From: Candidatus Harrisonbacteria bacterium
GTDB lineage: Bacteria > Patescibacteriota > Minisyncoccia > UBA6257 > 1-14-0-10-40-38
Reading direction: 5' to 3'
DNA length: 64,000 nucleotides
NCBI GenBank assembly: GCA_023245035.1
Contig: JAHFLD010000002.1
Location: forward strand, 1,501-65,500
Part shown: positions 48,720 to 58,860 of the stretch, piece after piece
How the letters are laid out: each line of letters starts with the position of its first letter
Position numbering within the stretch: the stretch's first letter is position 1
The notes under the pieces: model-generated
Databases searched by the model: none
What the model was told of the DNA's origin: nothing
Seen by the model: the letters and a program-made list of their open reading frames with translations, nothing else
Translations under genes and position numbers: made by a program

Positions 48720-51700
48720 TCACACTTCGCGGACGCTGTCGCAGATCAGCTTGGTTTCGCCGTCGCGGGTAGACATCTTGCCGGCGACCAGGATGACCTT
48801 GTTTTCTTCCCAAACTTTTCGGGTTTCATCCAATTTTTCGGGGAAGACGATGACCTCCATAGTATTCCAAAAATCTTGGATTTTCGCAAAGGCCATGGCT
48901 TTGCCAGTTTTGGTGACGATATGCTGAACGCTGGTAATAATTCCGCCGGTAATGACGCTTCGCCGGTTGGGAGTTAACAAGGCATCCTTGATTGGTTTGG
49001 CTTTGATCTTTTCAAACTTTTCGCGATGCTGGTTGAGCGGATGGTCGCTTACATAGAGGCCGAGCAGTTCTTTTTCCCAAATTAGCTTTTGGGCCGAGGG
49101 TGCCGGTTCGGCTGGCTTTAATTGCAGAGCCTGCTTGGAAGTACTGGCGCCGAAGAGTCCCATCTGATTTTGATTGGCTTGTTTTTTGTAGGCGCTGGCG
49201 AATTTGAGGATGTCATCCATATTGGCCAGGGCCGCGGCGCGCTCCACGCCCAAAGAATCAAGAGCGCCACATTTAATCAAACTTTCCAGCGATTTTTTGT
49301 TGAGGTCTTTGTGTTGAACACGGCTTAAGAATGATGGCAAATCCACAAAGTCGCCGGCGCGGTTTCGTTCTTCTATCATGGCTTCCACGATTTTTTGACC
49401 CACGTTTTTGATAGCCGCCAGACCAAAGCGAATTTTGTCGCCTTCCGGCGTAAAATCGGCGTCGCTGCGGTTGATGTCCGGCGCCAAGATTTCGATGTGT
49501 TGTTTTTTGGCTTCGGCGACGAGATAGGTGATTCGGTCAATGTCTTTGGATTCGGCGTTCAAGAGACTCGTCATAAATTCCACCGGATAGTGGGCGCGAA
49601 GATAGGCGGTCTGATAGGCGATCATGGCATAGCAGGCGGCGTGCGAGCGATTGAAGCCATAACGGTCAAACGGTTCCACCAACGCCCAGAACTCATTGGC
49701 GGTTGATTCGGGTATGCCGTTTTTAATACAGCCGTTAATCAGCTTTTCTTTTTGCTCCAGCAGGAGCTTGCGAATTTTTTTACCAACCGCTTTGCGCAGA
49801 ACGTCGGCTTCCGAGAGGGTGAAGTTGGCCAGGGTTCTAGCTCCATTCATCAGCTGCTCCTGATAAATCATGATGCCGTAGGTTTTGTTGAGTACCGGCT
49901 CCAGCTTGGGGTGCAGATAAGTTATGGTTTTCTTGCCGTGCTTGCGAGCGATGTATTCGGGGATGAGTTCCATCGGTCCGGGGCGATAGAGGGCGACCAT
50001 GGCGATTAAGTCTTCAATTTCCGTCGGCTTAAGCTCTTTTAGGTAGCGCGTCATGCCGGAGGATTCAAATTGAAAGACGCCGCTGGTTTCGCCGCGCTGG
50101 AGCATCAGGAAGGTCGGCTTGTCGCCCAGCGGAATTCTATTAATATCGATTTCTTCTCCCTTAACGCTACGGACGAGACGCAGAGTGTTTTCGATAATAG
50201 TCAGGTTGCGCAGACCCAGGAGATCGATTTTAAGCAGTCCCAAGCTTTCCACCGCGTGCATCTCAAATTGCGAGACGATGACGTTGTCGTCTTGCGGAGC
50301 GCGCTGGAGCGGGAGAAAGTTGACCAGCGGTTCGCTCGAGATAACCGTGCCGCAGGCGTGCACCGAGGCGTGGCGAGCGACGCCTTCCAGATGCATGGCC
50401 GCATCCAGGATTTTTTTGGCGTCGGGATTGTTTTCGTAGAGTTCGTGCAGTTCGCGAACTTCTTTAATCGCGCCTTCAAGTCCGGTTTTAACCGATTGGA
50501 CGAAGGGAATTAGTTTGGCGATTTGATCGCAGAAGCTGTAGCTGATACCCAAGGCGCGGCCAACGTCGCGAACCGCGGCGCGCGCCGCCATGGTTCCAAA
50601 GGTAATAATGTTGGCGACGTGATCCTCGCCGTAGGTTTCTTTGAGATAGCCCATGACTTCGTCGCGGCGCGCGTCGGTGATGTCGACATCGATATCCGGC
50701 ATTTGAATTCGGTCGGGATTTAAGAAGCGTTCAAAGATTAAGTCATAGGCAATCGGATCCAAGTTGGTGATGCCCAAAATGTAAGAGACGATACTACCGG
50801 CGGCCGAGCCGCGGCCGGGACCGACGACGATTCCGCGATTTTTGGCCCAGTTGATGAAGTCTTGAACGATCAAGAAGTAATCGGCAAAGCCCATGCGCTC
50901 AATGACACCTTTTTCAAACTCAATGCGAGAGATGACTTCGGCCGATGGATCCGGGTACCGCCATTTGAGCCGATCTTCCAGTAATTTTTTTAGATAAGTG
51001 GTGGCGGTGTAACCTTCGGGGGTGTTGAATTTTGGAATGCGAATCTTATCCAGTTCCAGCTTAACCGAGCAGGCCTCGGCGATTTTGGCCGTGTTTGAGA
51101 CGGCTTCGGGGGTTTCTTTAAAAAGTTCCGCCATTTCCTCCGGACTGCGCATGGAGAAGTCGTCGTTTTTCAAGGTGAGGCGATCGGGATCGTCTAACTT
51201 GTTGCCGGTTTGAACCGCGAGCAAGATGTCGTGGTAGTAGGCGTCATCTTTTTTGAGGTAGTGAATGTCTTGGGTGGCGACCAAGGGAATGCCGGTTTGG
51301 CGAGAGAGAGCGATTAGGTCTTCTTTTACTTGAATGGTTTCTTTAATGCCCGGATGATGGCCGATTTCAAGGTAAAAGTTTTCAGGGCCGAAAATTGATT
51401 GATACTCCAGCGCGGATTTGGCGGCTTCGTCTTTACGGTTGGCCATGAGGTGGCGCGAAACTTCACCGGCAAGACATGCGGAGAGGGCAATCAAGCCTTC
51501 GTGATGGGCGCGAAGCAACTCCTTGTCCATCCGTGGCTTGTAGTAGAAGCCTTCAAGATAGGAGGCGGTTATAAGCTTGAGCAGATTTTTCCAGCCGGTC
51601 TCGTTTTTGGCGAGCAGAATCAGGTGATAATATTTTTCACCGCCGTTTAAACTTTTTTCGAAACGACTGCCGGGGGCGATATAGGCCTCCACGCCAAGTA

Positions 51701-51887
51701 TGGGTTTGATGCCGCTCGCGCTGGCTTTTTTGTAGAACTCAACGGCGGCGTAAAGATTGCCGTGATCGGTGACGGCGAGCGAGGTCATGCCGAGTTCTTT
51801 GGCTCGCTCCACCAGTTCCGGAATTTTTGGCAGGCCGTCGAGTAGAGAATAATGACTATGTGTATGAAGATGAACAAAATTTTCCAT
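48720..51887 (-). CDS. dnaE: DNA polymerase III alpha subunit
   Basis: PHP domain HLHTHSHYSLLDG, GPGRGSAAGS, PDIDVD, GLLKIDLLGL, YGFNRSH, terminal OB fold. Confidence 0.98.
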   Translation of the reverse strand: MENFVHLHTHSHYSLLDGLPKIPELVERAKELGMTSLAVTDHGNLYAAVEFYKKASASGIKPILGVEAYIAPGSRFEKSLNGGEKYYHLILLAKNETGWKNLLKLITASYLEGFYYKPRMDKELLRAHHEGLIALSACLAGEVSRHLMANRKDEAAKSALEYQSIFGPENFYLEIGHHPGIKETIQVKEDLIALSRQTGIPLVATQDIHYLKKDDAYYHDILLAVQTGNKLDDPDRLTLKNDDFSMRSPEEMAELFKETPEAVSNTAKIAEACSVKLELDKIRIPKFNTPEGYTATTYLKKLLEDRLKWRYPDPSAEVISRIEFEKGVIERMGFADYFLIVQDFINWAKNRGIVVGPGRGSAAGSIVSYILGITNLDPIAYDLIFERFLNPDRIQMPDIDVDITDARRDEVMGYLKETYGEDHVANIITFGTMAARAAVRDVGRALGISYSFCDQIAKLIPFVQSVKTGLEGAIKEVRELHELYENNPDAKKILDAAMHLEGVARHASVHACGTVISSEPLVNFLPLQRAPQDDNVIVSQFEMHAVESLGLLKIDLLGLRNLTIIENTLRLVRSVKGEEIDINRIPLGDKPTFLMLQRGETSGVFQFESSGMTRYLKELKPTEIEDLIAMVALYRPGPMELIPEYIARKHGKKTITYLHPKLEPVLNKTYGIMIYQEQLMNGARTLANFTLSEADVLRKAVGKKIRKLLLEQKEKLINGCIKNGIPESTANEFWALVEPFDRYGFNRSHAACYAMIAYQTAYLRAHYPVEFMTSLLNAESKDIDRITYLVAEAKKQHIEILAPDINRSDADFTPEGDKIRFGLAAIKNVGQKIVEAMIEERNRAGDFVDLPSFLSRVQHKDLNKKSLESLIKCGALDSLGVERAAALANMDDILKFASAYKKQANQNQMGLFGASTSKQALQLKPAEPAPSAQKLIWEKELLGLYVSDHPLNQHREKFEKIKAKPIKDALLTPNRRSVITGGIITSVQHIVTKTGKAMAFAKIQDFWNTMEVIVFPEKLDETRKVWEENKVILVAGKMSTRDGETKLICDSVREV

Positions 51888-51893
51888 GGTATT

Positions 51894-52016
51894 TCCTCGA
51901 ATTAGACGAGCGATCTACGGCGTTGCCGCCTCCGTTCCTGGTCACTGTATCTTGCTAGATACAGCTTCGGCGGATACTCGGCGGCGCCTTGTATCTCATC
52001 CCGCCTAATTCGAGGA
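51894..52016 (+). repeat. Structured intergenic element, family A, copy 5
   Basis: 12-bp IR tcctcgaattag/ctaattcgagga; CTGTATCT-tgct-AGATACAG; GCGCCTTGTATCT. Confidence 0.75.
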
Positions 52017-52100
52017 GTGCTTAAAATTATTTTTTTATTATTCTTTGCCGGTTAATTATCTTGCCTTATTATACTTCGTAGCTAGCGGAAAAGACATCAG

Positions 52101-52128
52101 TTGACACTATTTATATTTCGTGTATAAT
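52101..52128 (+). promoter_or_regulatory. Consensus sigma70 promoter
   Basis: TTGACA-16 nt-TATAAT. Confidence 0.75.
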
Positions 52129-52206
52129 TGGGTTAATCCATCTTTGGTGGAGGCTGGCTTCTCGGCAGTTCCGGGAAGGTGTTCTTTGAAAAGCGAGGAG
52201 ATTGTC

Positions 52207-52833
52207 ATGGCGGGAATACCTGTCGCTGGCGATCTGTACCACCGTCTCGACGGCAAGCTTTTTGAGATCAAGCGACAACTTCGTCAACCTGGCGGGTATC
52301 CGTTTGATCCTCGGGATCTTGATGTGGCGCTTCAGCGGGTGATTGAGGGAATGTTTGGAGTAGCCGGAGCAGATGGATTTTATCCAGTTACTCTCAACTA
52401 CGATCTTCCATTTGGCGAGATGGTTCAGGCGGGAAGATTTGACTGGGTGTCTGATCTTGTGAACAGGAGAAGCTTTCCGATTATTGGCCGTGGAACGGAG
52501 GAGGTTCGCCTTGAACTTTTTCATTGCAACTCCGCTCTCTCCATCCGAGGTGCTAGGAGTAAGATTGCGGAACGTGGCTTGATTTGCGCGCGGATTGAAC
52601 ACCTGCTGGCTTTTGCCGCCGCCTATCCAGATGTTCAGTCTAGGTTTCCGGTGATCGCTCTAGATTCCATCTCGCCGGAAGTTGATGCGTGGCATGTGCC
52701 TCTTCTTGGCAGGGATCATCAAGGGCGTACCTTGAGCACGCAAACCTACCTCACTGATTCTGATGAGCTTTGCCCCGGAAGGTTCCGTTTTCTGGCCTAC
52801 CAAATGCCGGCTGTTGCCAAGGGATGGTATTGA
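52207..52833 (+). CDS. Hypothetical protein of a type seen in CPR
   Basis: GAGGAG SD; GDLY..LDG.LFEIKRQLRQ..GYPFDP..L..ALQ..IEG; EHLLAFAAAYPDVQ..FPVIAL. Confidence 0.75.
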   Translation: MAGIPVAGDLYHRLDGKLFEIKRQLRQPGGYPFDPRDLDVALQRVIEGMFGVAGADGFYPVTLNYDLPFGEMVQAGRFDWVSDLVNRRSFPIIGRGTEEVRLELFHCNSALSIRGARSKIAERGLICARIEHLLAFAAAYPDVQSRFPVIALDSISPEVDAWHVPLLGRDHQGRTLSTQTYLTDSDELCPGRFRFLAYQMPAVAKGWY

Positions 52834-52969
52834 CCGATAGTTTAGTTCGCTCGCCCCCGACTTGTCTGTCTCTGGCAGATTGCATCGGGGGTGTTTTTTT
52901 ATCTTTATAATCGCGAGTGTAGGTGGTTGACCATTTTTTGGGCCTGCGTTAGTATGGAGAAACTAAATT

Positions 52970-53125
52970 ATGGGAGGCGTACCAGTAAAACATCATTCAA
53001 AATCCAAGGTTGGCCGGCGGCGGTCGCATTTGGCGTTGAAGCCACTCAAACTCATGGTTTGTCCAAAGTGCAAGGCTCCGCGGGTTCCGCATCGAGCCTG
53101 TGCCAGTTGTGGCGTTTATAAGTAA
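52970..53125 (+). CDS. rpmF: 50S ribosomal protein L32 (below the ORF-track size cut-off)
   Basis: Translated by hand: MGGVPVKHHSKSKVGRRRSHLALKPLKLMVCPKCKAPRVPHRACASCGVYK*. Confidence 0.95.
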   Translation: MGGVPVKHHSKSKVGRRRSHLALKPLKLMVCPKCKAPRVPHRACASCGVYK

Positions 53126-53203
53126 CAGGAGTTTTTGGTCGGATTGTGGTATTATTTTTCTGATGGTTGATTTGTCGGCACGTTCGTTTTTTTAGTCGCT
53201 TGT

Positions 53204-53674
53204 ATGGCAACTCGACAACTCGCTCGCTCGGTCGTTTTACAGTCCCTCTACGAATGGGATTTTTATGGTCGCAAAAGCGATTTAGTTTCTTTTTTAGAGA
53301 GAAATCTGGCCGAGTTTGCCCCGGGTCTCGACGAGCCGCAGTTTGCCCGAGATTTGGCTAATGGGGTTGTGGCCAGACAGGAAGAAATTGACATCATTAT
53401 CAGCCGAGCCGCGCCCGACTGGCCGCTTCAACAAATTTCCATCGTTGATCGCAACGCCTTGCGCATCGGTCTTTACGAGTTGCTGTTCGCCAATCCCGAA
53501 GAGGTTCCACCCAAGGTGGCGATTAACGAGGCGATTGAATTGGCTAAAAATTATGGCGGACCGAATTCGGGGAAGTTTATTAACGGGGTTTTGGGCACTG
53601 TTTATAAAGAAGTGGCCAAGGCCAAAGCCGATCAGTTTCCGACGAATAATCAAGATACCAAAGAAACATCCTGA
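53204..53674 (+). CDS. nusB: Transcription antitermination factor NusB
   Basis: [42 protein letters not shown]. Confidence 0.97.
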   Translation: MATRQLARSVVLQSLYEWDFYGRKSDLVSFLERNLAEFAPGLDEPQFARDLANGVVARQEEIDIIISRAAPDWPLQQISIVDRNALRIGLYELLFANPEEVPPKVAINEAIELAKNYGGPNSGKFINGVLGTVYKEVAKAKADQFPTNNQDTKETS

Positions 53675-53679
53675 TATTT

Positions 53680-54366
53680 ATGCCCGACTTGGCTTTGTTT
53701 CAACGCAGTATCGGTTTTTCTTTTTCGAATAACGCGCTGTTGCGCGAGGCGTTGACACACCGCTCGTATTTGAATGAGCGTCCGGACTGGGATGTTCCGA
53801 ACAATGAGCGATTGGAATTTTTGGGCGACGCCGTGCTGGAGCTTGCGGTTACTGAGGAGCTGTTTCATCGCTTTCCGGATCAGCAAGAGGGGATTTTGAC
53901 GAGCTATCGCGCCGCGCTGGTCAATTATCAAATTTTGGCGAAAATTGCCGGCGAGATTCAACTGGAGGCATTTATTTTTTTGTCGCGCGGTGAGGCCAAG
54001 GATACCGGCAAGGCGCGAGAAGTTATTTTGGCCAATGCTTTTGAGGCTTTGGTTGGGGGGCTGTATTTGGATCGCGGTTATGCCGAGGTAAAAAAGTTTA
54101 TTTTGACGAGAGTAATGGTTCACTTGGCGGAAATTATCGCCGAGGGAAGTTTTAAAGACGCCAAAAGTCTATTACAAGAGAAGGCGCAGAGTGTTTTTAA
54201 ATTGACTCCGAAGTACAAGGTTTTGCGGGAAACCGGTCCGGATCACGACCGGATTTTTACCATGGGAGTTTATTTCGGCGAGAAGTTGATTGCTGAAGGA
54301 TTTGGTCCTTCCAAACAGGACGCGGAACTTGAGGCGGCCAAGAGGGCGCTTGAAGGAATGAATTGA
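53680..54366 (+). CDS. rnc: Ribonuclease III
   Basis: ALTHRSY, NERLEFLGDAVL, dsRBD (GPDH..F, G.SKQ.AE..AA). Confidence 0.97.
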   Translation: MPDLALFQRSIGFSFSNNALLREALTHRSYLNERPDWDVPNNERLEFLGDAVLELAVTEELFHRFPDQQEGILTSYRAALVNYQILAKIAGEIQLEAFIFLSRGEAKDTGKAREVILANAFEALVGGLYLDRGYAEVKKFILTRVMVHLAEIIAEGSFKDAKSLLQEKAQSVFKLTPKYKVLRETGPDHDRIFTMGVYFGEKLIAEGFGPSKQDAELEAAKRALEGMN

Positions 54367-54442
54367 AGCGCAGGGAAGTCGGTCGTTTTTCCGGCGGAGA
54401 AGCGACATGATTCTCTTTGTCGTATATTATTTAAGAGATTAC

Positions 54443-56578
54443 ATGAAACTTAAACGACTGGAGCTCGCGGGTTTTAAATCTTTTGCCAACAAGACCGTTT
54501 TGGATTTTACCGGCGGGATTACCGCGGTTGTGGGTCCCAACGGTTCCGGCAAGTCCAACATCATTGACGCTTTTCGCTGGATTTTGGGCGCGCGCGAGGC
54601 TAAAAATGCCCGCAGTTTGCGAGCCGAGGATGTAATTTTTGCCGGTACTCAAACGGCCTCGCGGATGAGCTTGGCGCAAGTCGCCGTGACTTTTGATAAT
54701 GCCGACCATTTTTTTCCCGTGGATTTCGCGGAGGTTACGGTTCGGCGCAAGATCAGCCGTGACGGCGAGGCGCGCTTTTATTTAAATGACGCCGAAGTTC
54801 GGCTAAAGGATGTTTTGGATTTTTTTGCCAAGTCGCGTCTGGGTTCCAAGGGTTTTTCCATCATTAACCAAGGAGAGAGCGATCTTTTTGTGAGGTCTCT
54901 GCCCAGAGAGCGGCGGATGATGCTGGAGGAAATATTGGGTTTGCGCCAGTTTCATATTAAAAAACACGATGCGGAGTTAAAGCTTGCGACGACGCGCGCT
55001 AATTTGGATAAGGCCAAAGCTCTGATTGAAGAGATGTTGCCTCACGTGCGTTTGTTGCGGCGCCAGACGGCGAAGCTCGCGCGGTTGGATGAGCTTAAAA
55101 GCGAGCTCGACGAAGTCAGCAAGCAATATTTTGGCAAGCGGTTGTCGGCGGCCTTGCACGAGGTCGCGCAGTTTGAACCGCGTTTTAAGATTTTGGATGA
55201 AAAAATGGCCGAGGCCAGGATTGTTTTCAAGGAGGCCGAGGGAGTTTTGCGCAAAGCCGAGGGCTTGGCTTCGCCGCGCGCCGTCTCCGGCGTTGATCAC
55301 TCGCGCGATAGAAAATTTTTAGATGAAAAACTTTTGGCGATGGAGAAGGAACTGAGCCGGATTGAGGCGCAAATTGAGTTTGCCGGAGTCCAAAAATCCG
55401 GAAGGCTTGATGCCGATGAGCTGGCCGATTTTTTGCGTGATTTTAAGATGAACGCGGAAGAGATTTTGGCCGCGGAAGATTTGGATGACTTGCACGCCTA
55501 TATCTTGCAGGTAGTGAAGGAGGTGGAGGCTTTGCTGGAGGCGGAGCAGGAAGTTCGGGGAAGCAACACCGGCGAGCTTAAATCAAAACGGGATAAGATC
55601 GCTATTTCGATTGAGGAGCTAAAGCGGCAGATCGCGCGTTTGGCCGTGGAAGATGAGTCGCGAACAGAGCAACTTCAGACATTTCAAAAAACTTTCAAGG
55701 AGGCTTTTACTTCTTTTGAGGTGGCGAAGGACCGGACGATAGTTTTAGAGAGAGAGCGGCGCGAGTTGGAATTTGCCCGCGAGAGGGTGCTTGGCAAGAT
55801 GCGGGATATTGAGTCCGAGATTGAAACTTTTGGCGGGCGGATAGATGAGTTTAAAACTTTTGCTTTTGATCCGCATTTTGATTTGGTTTCTGGCGAGCGA
55901 CGATTGGCCAAGCTTCGGATGGAGCTTGCGGCGGCGGGCGAGGTTGATCCCAGCTTGGTTCGGGAGGCGGAAGAGGCGGAGAAGCGCTACTCTTTTTTGG
56001 AGCGCGAGTTTGGCGACTTGGAAAAGGCGGCGGGGGATTTGCAGGCCTTGATCGCCGAGCTGGACGCGCGGATTCAGACGCAATTTAACGATTCGCTTAC
56101 GGCGATAAATCGGGAGTTGCAACAATATTTTCACCTGTTGTTTGGCGGCGGCAAGGCGCGTTTGGTGCTGACCAATCGCGAGGCTTTATCGAGCGATGGC
56201 GAGTCCGCCGAAGGTTCGGCTGATTCCGCGGGATCCGCGGATTTGGGCGGACTGGAAGTTGAGCTTTCGATTCCGCGTAAAAAAATTCATGGCTTGGAGA
56301 TGCTTTCCGGCGGGGAGCGCAGTTTGGTTTCGCTCGCCGTTTTATTTGCTTTGATTTCGGTCAGCCCGCCGCCGTTTATAGTTTTGGACGAAGCCGATGC
56401 GGCGCTTGATGAGCAAAACAGCCGCAAGTTTGGCCAGCTAGTTAAAAATTTTTCGGCGGGAACGCAATTTTTGGTGGTAACTCACAATCGCGCGACGATG
56501 GAGTCGGCGGATGCGTTGTATGGGGTTACTATGAGAGAAGATGGAACGTCCCGAATCCTATCGCTGAAGCTCAACTAA
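54443..56578 (+). CDS. smc: SMC-family ATPase, short form (711 aa)
   Basis: MKLKRLELAGFKSFA, GPNGSGKSN, INQG, LSGGERS, LDEADAALD, QFLVVTH, YGVTM. Confidence 0.9.
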   Translation: MKLKRLELAGFKSFANKTVLDFTGGITAVVGPNGSGKSNIIDAFRWILGAREAKNARSLRAEDVIFAGTQTASRMSLAQVAVTFDNADHFFPVDFAEVTVRRKISRDGEARFYLNDAEVRLKDVLDFFAKSRLGSKGFSIINQGESDLFVRSLPRERRMMLEEILGLRQFHIKKHDAELKLATTRANLDKAKALIEEMLPHVRLLRRQTAKLARLDELKSELDEVSKQYFGKRLSAALHEVAQFEPRFKILDEKMAEARIVFKEAEGVLRKAEGLASPRAVSGVDHSRDRKFLDEKLLAMEKELSRIEAQIEFAGVQKSGRLDADELADFLRDFKMNAEEILAAEDLDDLHAYILQVVKEVEALLEAEQEVRGSNTGELKSKRDKIAISIEELKRQIARLAVEDESRTEQLQTFQKTFKEAFTSFEVAKDRTIVLERERRELEFARERVLGKMRDIESEIETFGGRIDEFKTFAFDPHFDLVSGERRLAKLRMELAAAGEVDPSLVREAEEAEKRYSFLEREFGDLEKAAGDLQALIAELDARIQTQFNDSLTAINRELQQYFHLLFGGGKARLVLTNREALSSDGESAEGSADSAGSADLGGLEVELSIPRKKIHGLEMLSGGERSLVSLAVLFALISVSPPPFIVLDEADAALDEQNSRKFGQLVKNFSAGTQFLVVTHNRATMESADALYGVTMREDGTSRILSLKLN

Positions 56579-56701
56579 GCAACTGGTCTTTTTTGAATAT
56601 TTCTTTGTCGTAATCTCCGTCACTTGTCGCCGTACTTAGTAAAGTACGCCTTCGGCGTTTACTCGCTTACTCCTCGAACTATTCAAAAAATCTTGCGTTG
56701 C
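56579..56701 (+). repeat. Structured intergenic element, family A, copy 6
   Basis: Stem ttttttgaata/tattcaaaaaa; CGTACTT-agta-AAGTACG; TTACTCCTCGAACT; closest to copy 3. Confidence 0.75.
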
Positions 56702-56868
56702 CGAAGATTTTCGTTCTATAATCTGCCGCGAATTTGACTCCGAAATAAACCGAGGAGAGATTGCTGTATGAACTCTTCATTTTAATTACTCGTAGTGCGA
56801 TGTTGACGAAACTATTCTTGATTTTGGATTCCTTGCCTTTTTTTGGGTCTTTGCTATACTCTTTCTCT

Positions 56869-57159
56869 ATGTTACGGATTAAGTTCAGCCGAATAGGACG
56901 TAAGCGCCAGCCGAATTATCGGCTAGTTGTGGCCGAACGGAAGAGCAAGCTTAATGGCCAGCCGGTGGAGGATATTGGTTGGTACAATCCTAAGGATGAC
57001 AGTAACTTGGTGCAAAAGGATCGTTTGGCTCACTGGATGCAGAAGGGCGCTTTGCCAACCGATACGGTGCACAACTTTTTGGTGCGAGTCGGTATAATCG
57101 CGGGACCGAAGCGTTCCGTGCATTCGGTCAAGAAAGCATCGGCCGAAGCCAAAGCCTAG
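56869..57159 (+). CDS. rpsP: 30S ribosomal protein S16
   Basis: MLRIKFSRIGRKRQPNYRLVV, IGWYNP, W...GA.PTDTV. Confidence 0.96.
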   Translation: MLRIKFSRIGRKRQPNYRLVVAERKSKLNGQPVEDIGWYNPKDDSNLVQKDRLAHWMQKGALPTDTVHNFLVRVGIIAGPKRSVHSVKKASAEAKA

Positions 57160-57233
57160 CTTTGACATTTATTGATTTGTCGTGCTATTGTTTTTAGACA
57201 AAGGTCGTTTTCTGCCGTGATATTATTTTTCTG

Positions 57234-57542
57234 ATGTCGAATTCTGGACCGGATAAGGATTTTTTGGAATTTTTGGTAAAGGCGATCGTTGATCATCCGG
57301 ATGACGTAGTGACTAAGCGCACCGTTGATGAGATGGGTGTTTTGCTCTCCTTGAGAGTGAATCCCAAAGATATGGGTCAAGTTGTCGGAAGGCAGGGCGC
57401 GACGGCGAAGGCGATTCGCTCGCTATTGCGGATTGTTGGCATTAAAAACAATGCCCGAGTCAATTTGAAGATTGAGGAGCCCGAAGGATCAACTCGCGAG
57501 CCAAGGTTGGAGACGCCTAACGATGGGGCGATGCAACAGTAG
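57234..57542 (+). CDS. khpA: KH-domain RNA-binding protein (KhpA/YlqC)
   Basis: LVKAIVDHPDDV, DMGQVVGRQGATAKAIRSLL; directly after rpsP. Confidence 0.9.
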   Translation: MSNSGPDKDFLEFLVKAIVDHPDDVVTKRTVDEMGVLLSLRVNPKDMGQVVGRQGATAKAIRSLLRIVGIKNNARVNLKIEEPEGSTREPRLETPNDGAMQQ

Positions 57543-57717
57543 ACGGCCAGCTGTTCTAGTGTTCGTATCTTTTGCTTCTATCTTTGAAGTTTTTTTGTAG
57601 TATTAATTTCTTCTTTCCCTAATTAGCGCGAATAGTGATATGGGCAATAGGCAATAGATGTGGGGTATGGGGTTTGGAATGCTGCTTTTTTGATGGTGGG
57701 TTTATTGTTTAAATTTT

Positions 57718-58404
57718 ATGCAATTTCATATTATTTCTCTTTTCACCAAACCGCTCAAAGCCTACTTTGGTGAGAGTATTTTAAAACGCGCCCAGGATAA
57801 AGGTTTGATTTCGGTGGTTTTGCATAATTTGCGGGATTTTTCTCCGGATTTGAAGCATCACAAGGTTGACGCGCCGCCTTATGGCGGGGGGCCGGGCATG
57901 GTTTTGCAATTTGAGCCAATGGCAAAAGCCGTTGCTTTCGCGATGGGCGGGGTGGCTGGAGCCGAGGGTAGAAAAAAGGAAAAATCAAAAGTGAGAGTGA
58001 TTCTATTTTCCACCCGTGGAAAAAAATTGGACGCCAAAATGGCGCAGCGATTGGCTAAATACGACTCGCTTGTTTTGCTTTGTGGGCGCTATGAGGGTGT
58101 GGACGAGCGAGTGGCGAAATATTTAGCCGACGAAGAGGTTTCGCTTGGCGATTTCGTGCTTTCCGGGGGAGAGATTCCGGCTATGGCTTTAGTTGACGCG
58201 GTGGCTAGATTTCTGCCCGAAGTTTTGGGCAAAAGAGAGTCTTTGGAGGAGGTTAAGGGCTCGTATCCAACCTACACCCGACCGGAGGTTGTTGAGTATC
58301 TGATTGGCGCGAGAAGTAAAAAACTTAAGGTTCCAGCAGAACTTTTAACTGGCAACCACGCCAAGATTGCCGAGTGGCGGAAGAGGCACAAAATGTCTTT
58401 TTAA
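57718..58404 (+). CDS. trmD: tRNA (guanine-N1)-methyltransferase
   Basis: VDAPPYGGGPGMV, CGRYEGVDER, SLGDFVLSGGE, YTRP, GNHAKI. Confidence 0.97.
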   Translation: MQFHIISLFTKPLKAYFGESILKRAQDKGLISVVLHNLRDFSPDLKHHKVDAPPYGGGPGMVLQFEPMAKAVAFAMGGVAGAEGRKKEKSKVRVILFSTRGKKLDAKMAQRLAKYDSLVLLCGRYEGVDERVAKYLADEEVSLGDFVLSGGEIPAMALVDAVARFLPEVLGKRESLEEVKGSYPTYTRPEVVEYLIGARSKKLKVPAELLTGNHAKIAEWRKRHKMSF

Positions 58405-58701
58405 ATTGGAATATTGACCTTTAAAACCGTCTTGTGCTAATGTTTCCGTAGCTCTTATTAACGGTACGAGGGATGGGTAGGGCCCTCGGCACTGCAAGTG
58501 TATCGACAAAAGGAACTCTCGAAGTTCTCCTGGCGTTACGCGTTGTACTGCACACCTTTTTGGTACTTACTCGATTTGTAGGGGAGGCGATCGGTTTTGG
58601 CTTGGCTCTTCGGGTCCTTCTTGAGAACACGGTCTTTCGCTGGTCATGTGGCTCTGCTTCCTTCGGGTCATTCACGACCGTCGCCTTCCCTGCATTTTCT
58701 T

Positions 58702-58810
58702 CCAATGACCACGGGTTCCGTTGAGGAATAAATCCCGTCGAGGAATTATCTGCGAGATTTTTAGAAGTCTCGCGCTATTTCTGTGGCTCATTGGTGAGCC
58801 ACTTTTTTTT
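58702..58810 (+). promoter_or_regulatory. Ribosomal protein L10 leader with attenuator terminator
   Basis: GACCACGGG...TAAATCCCGTCGAGG resembles the L10-leader core. Terminator gtggctca-ttgg-tgagccac plus T-tract at 58783-58810, just before rplJ. Confidence 0.65.
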
Positions 58811-58860
58811 GCTTCTGGAACGCCCGCGGTCGAGCGGCGCGAGAAAATTTGATTTTTACC

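Noticed and set aside
48720-51887. Inteins or introns in dnaE, gyrB or the tRNAs
   Set aside because: Protein lengths are normal, no intein splice motifs were seen, and all five tRNAs fold without interruption.
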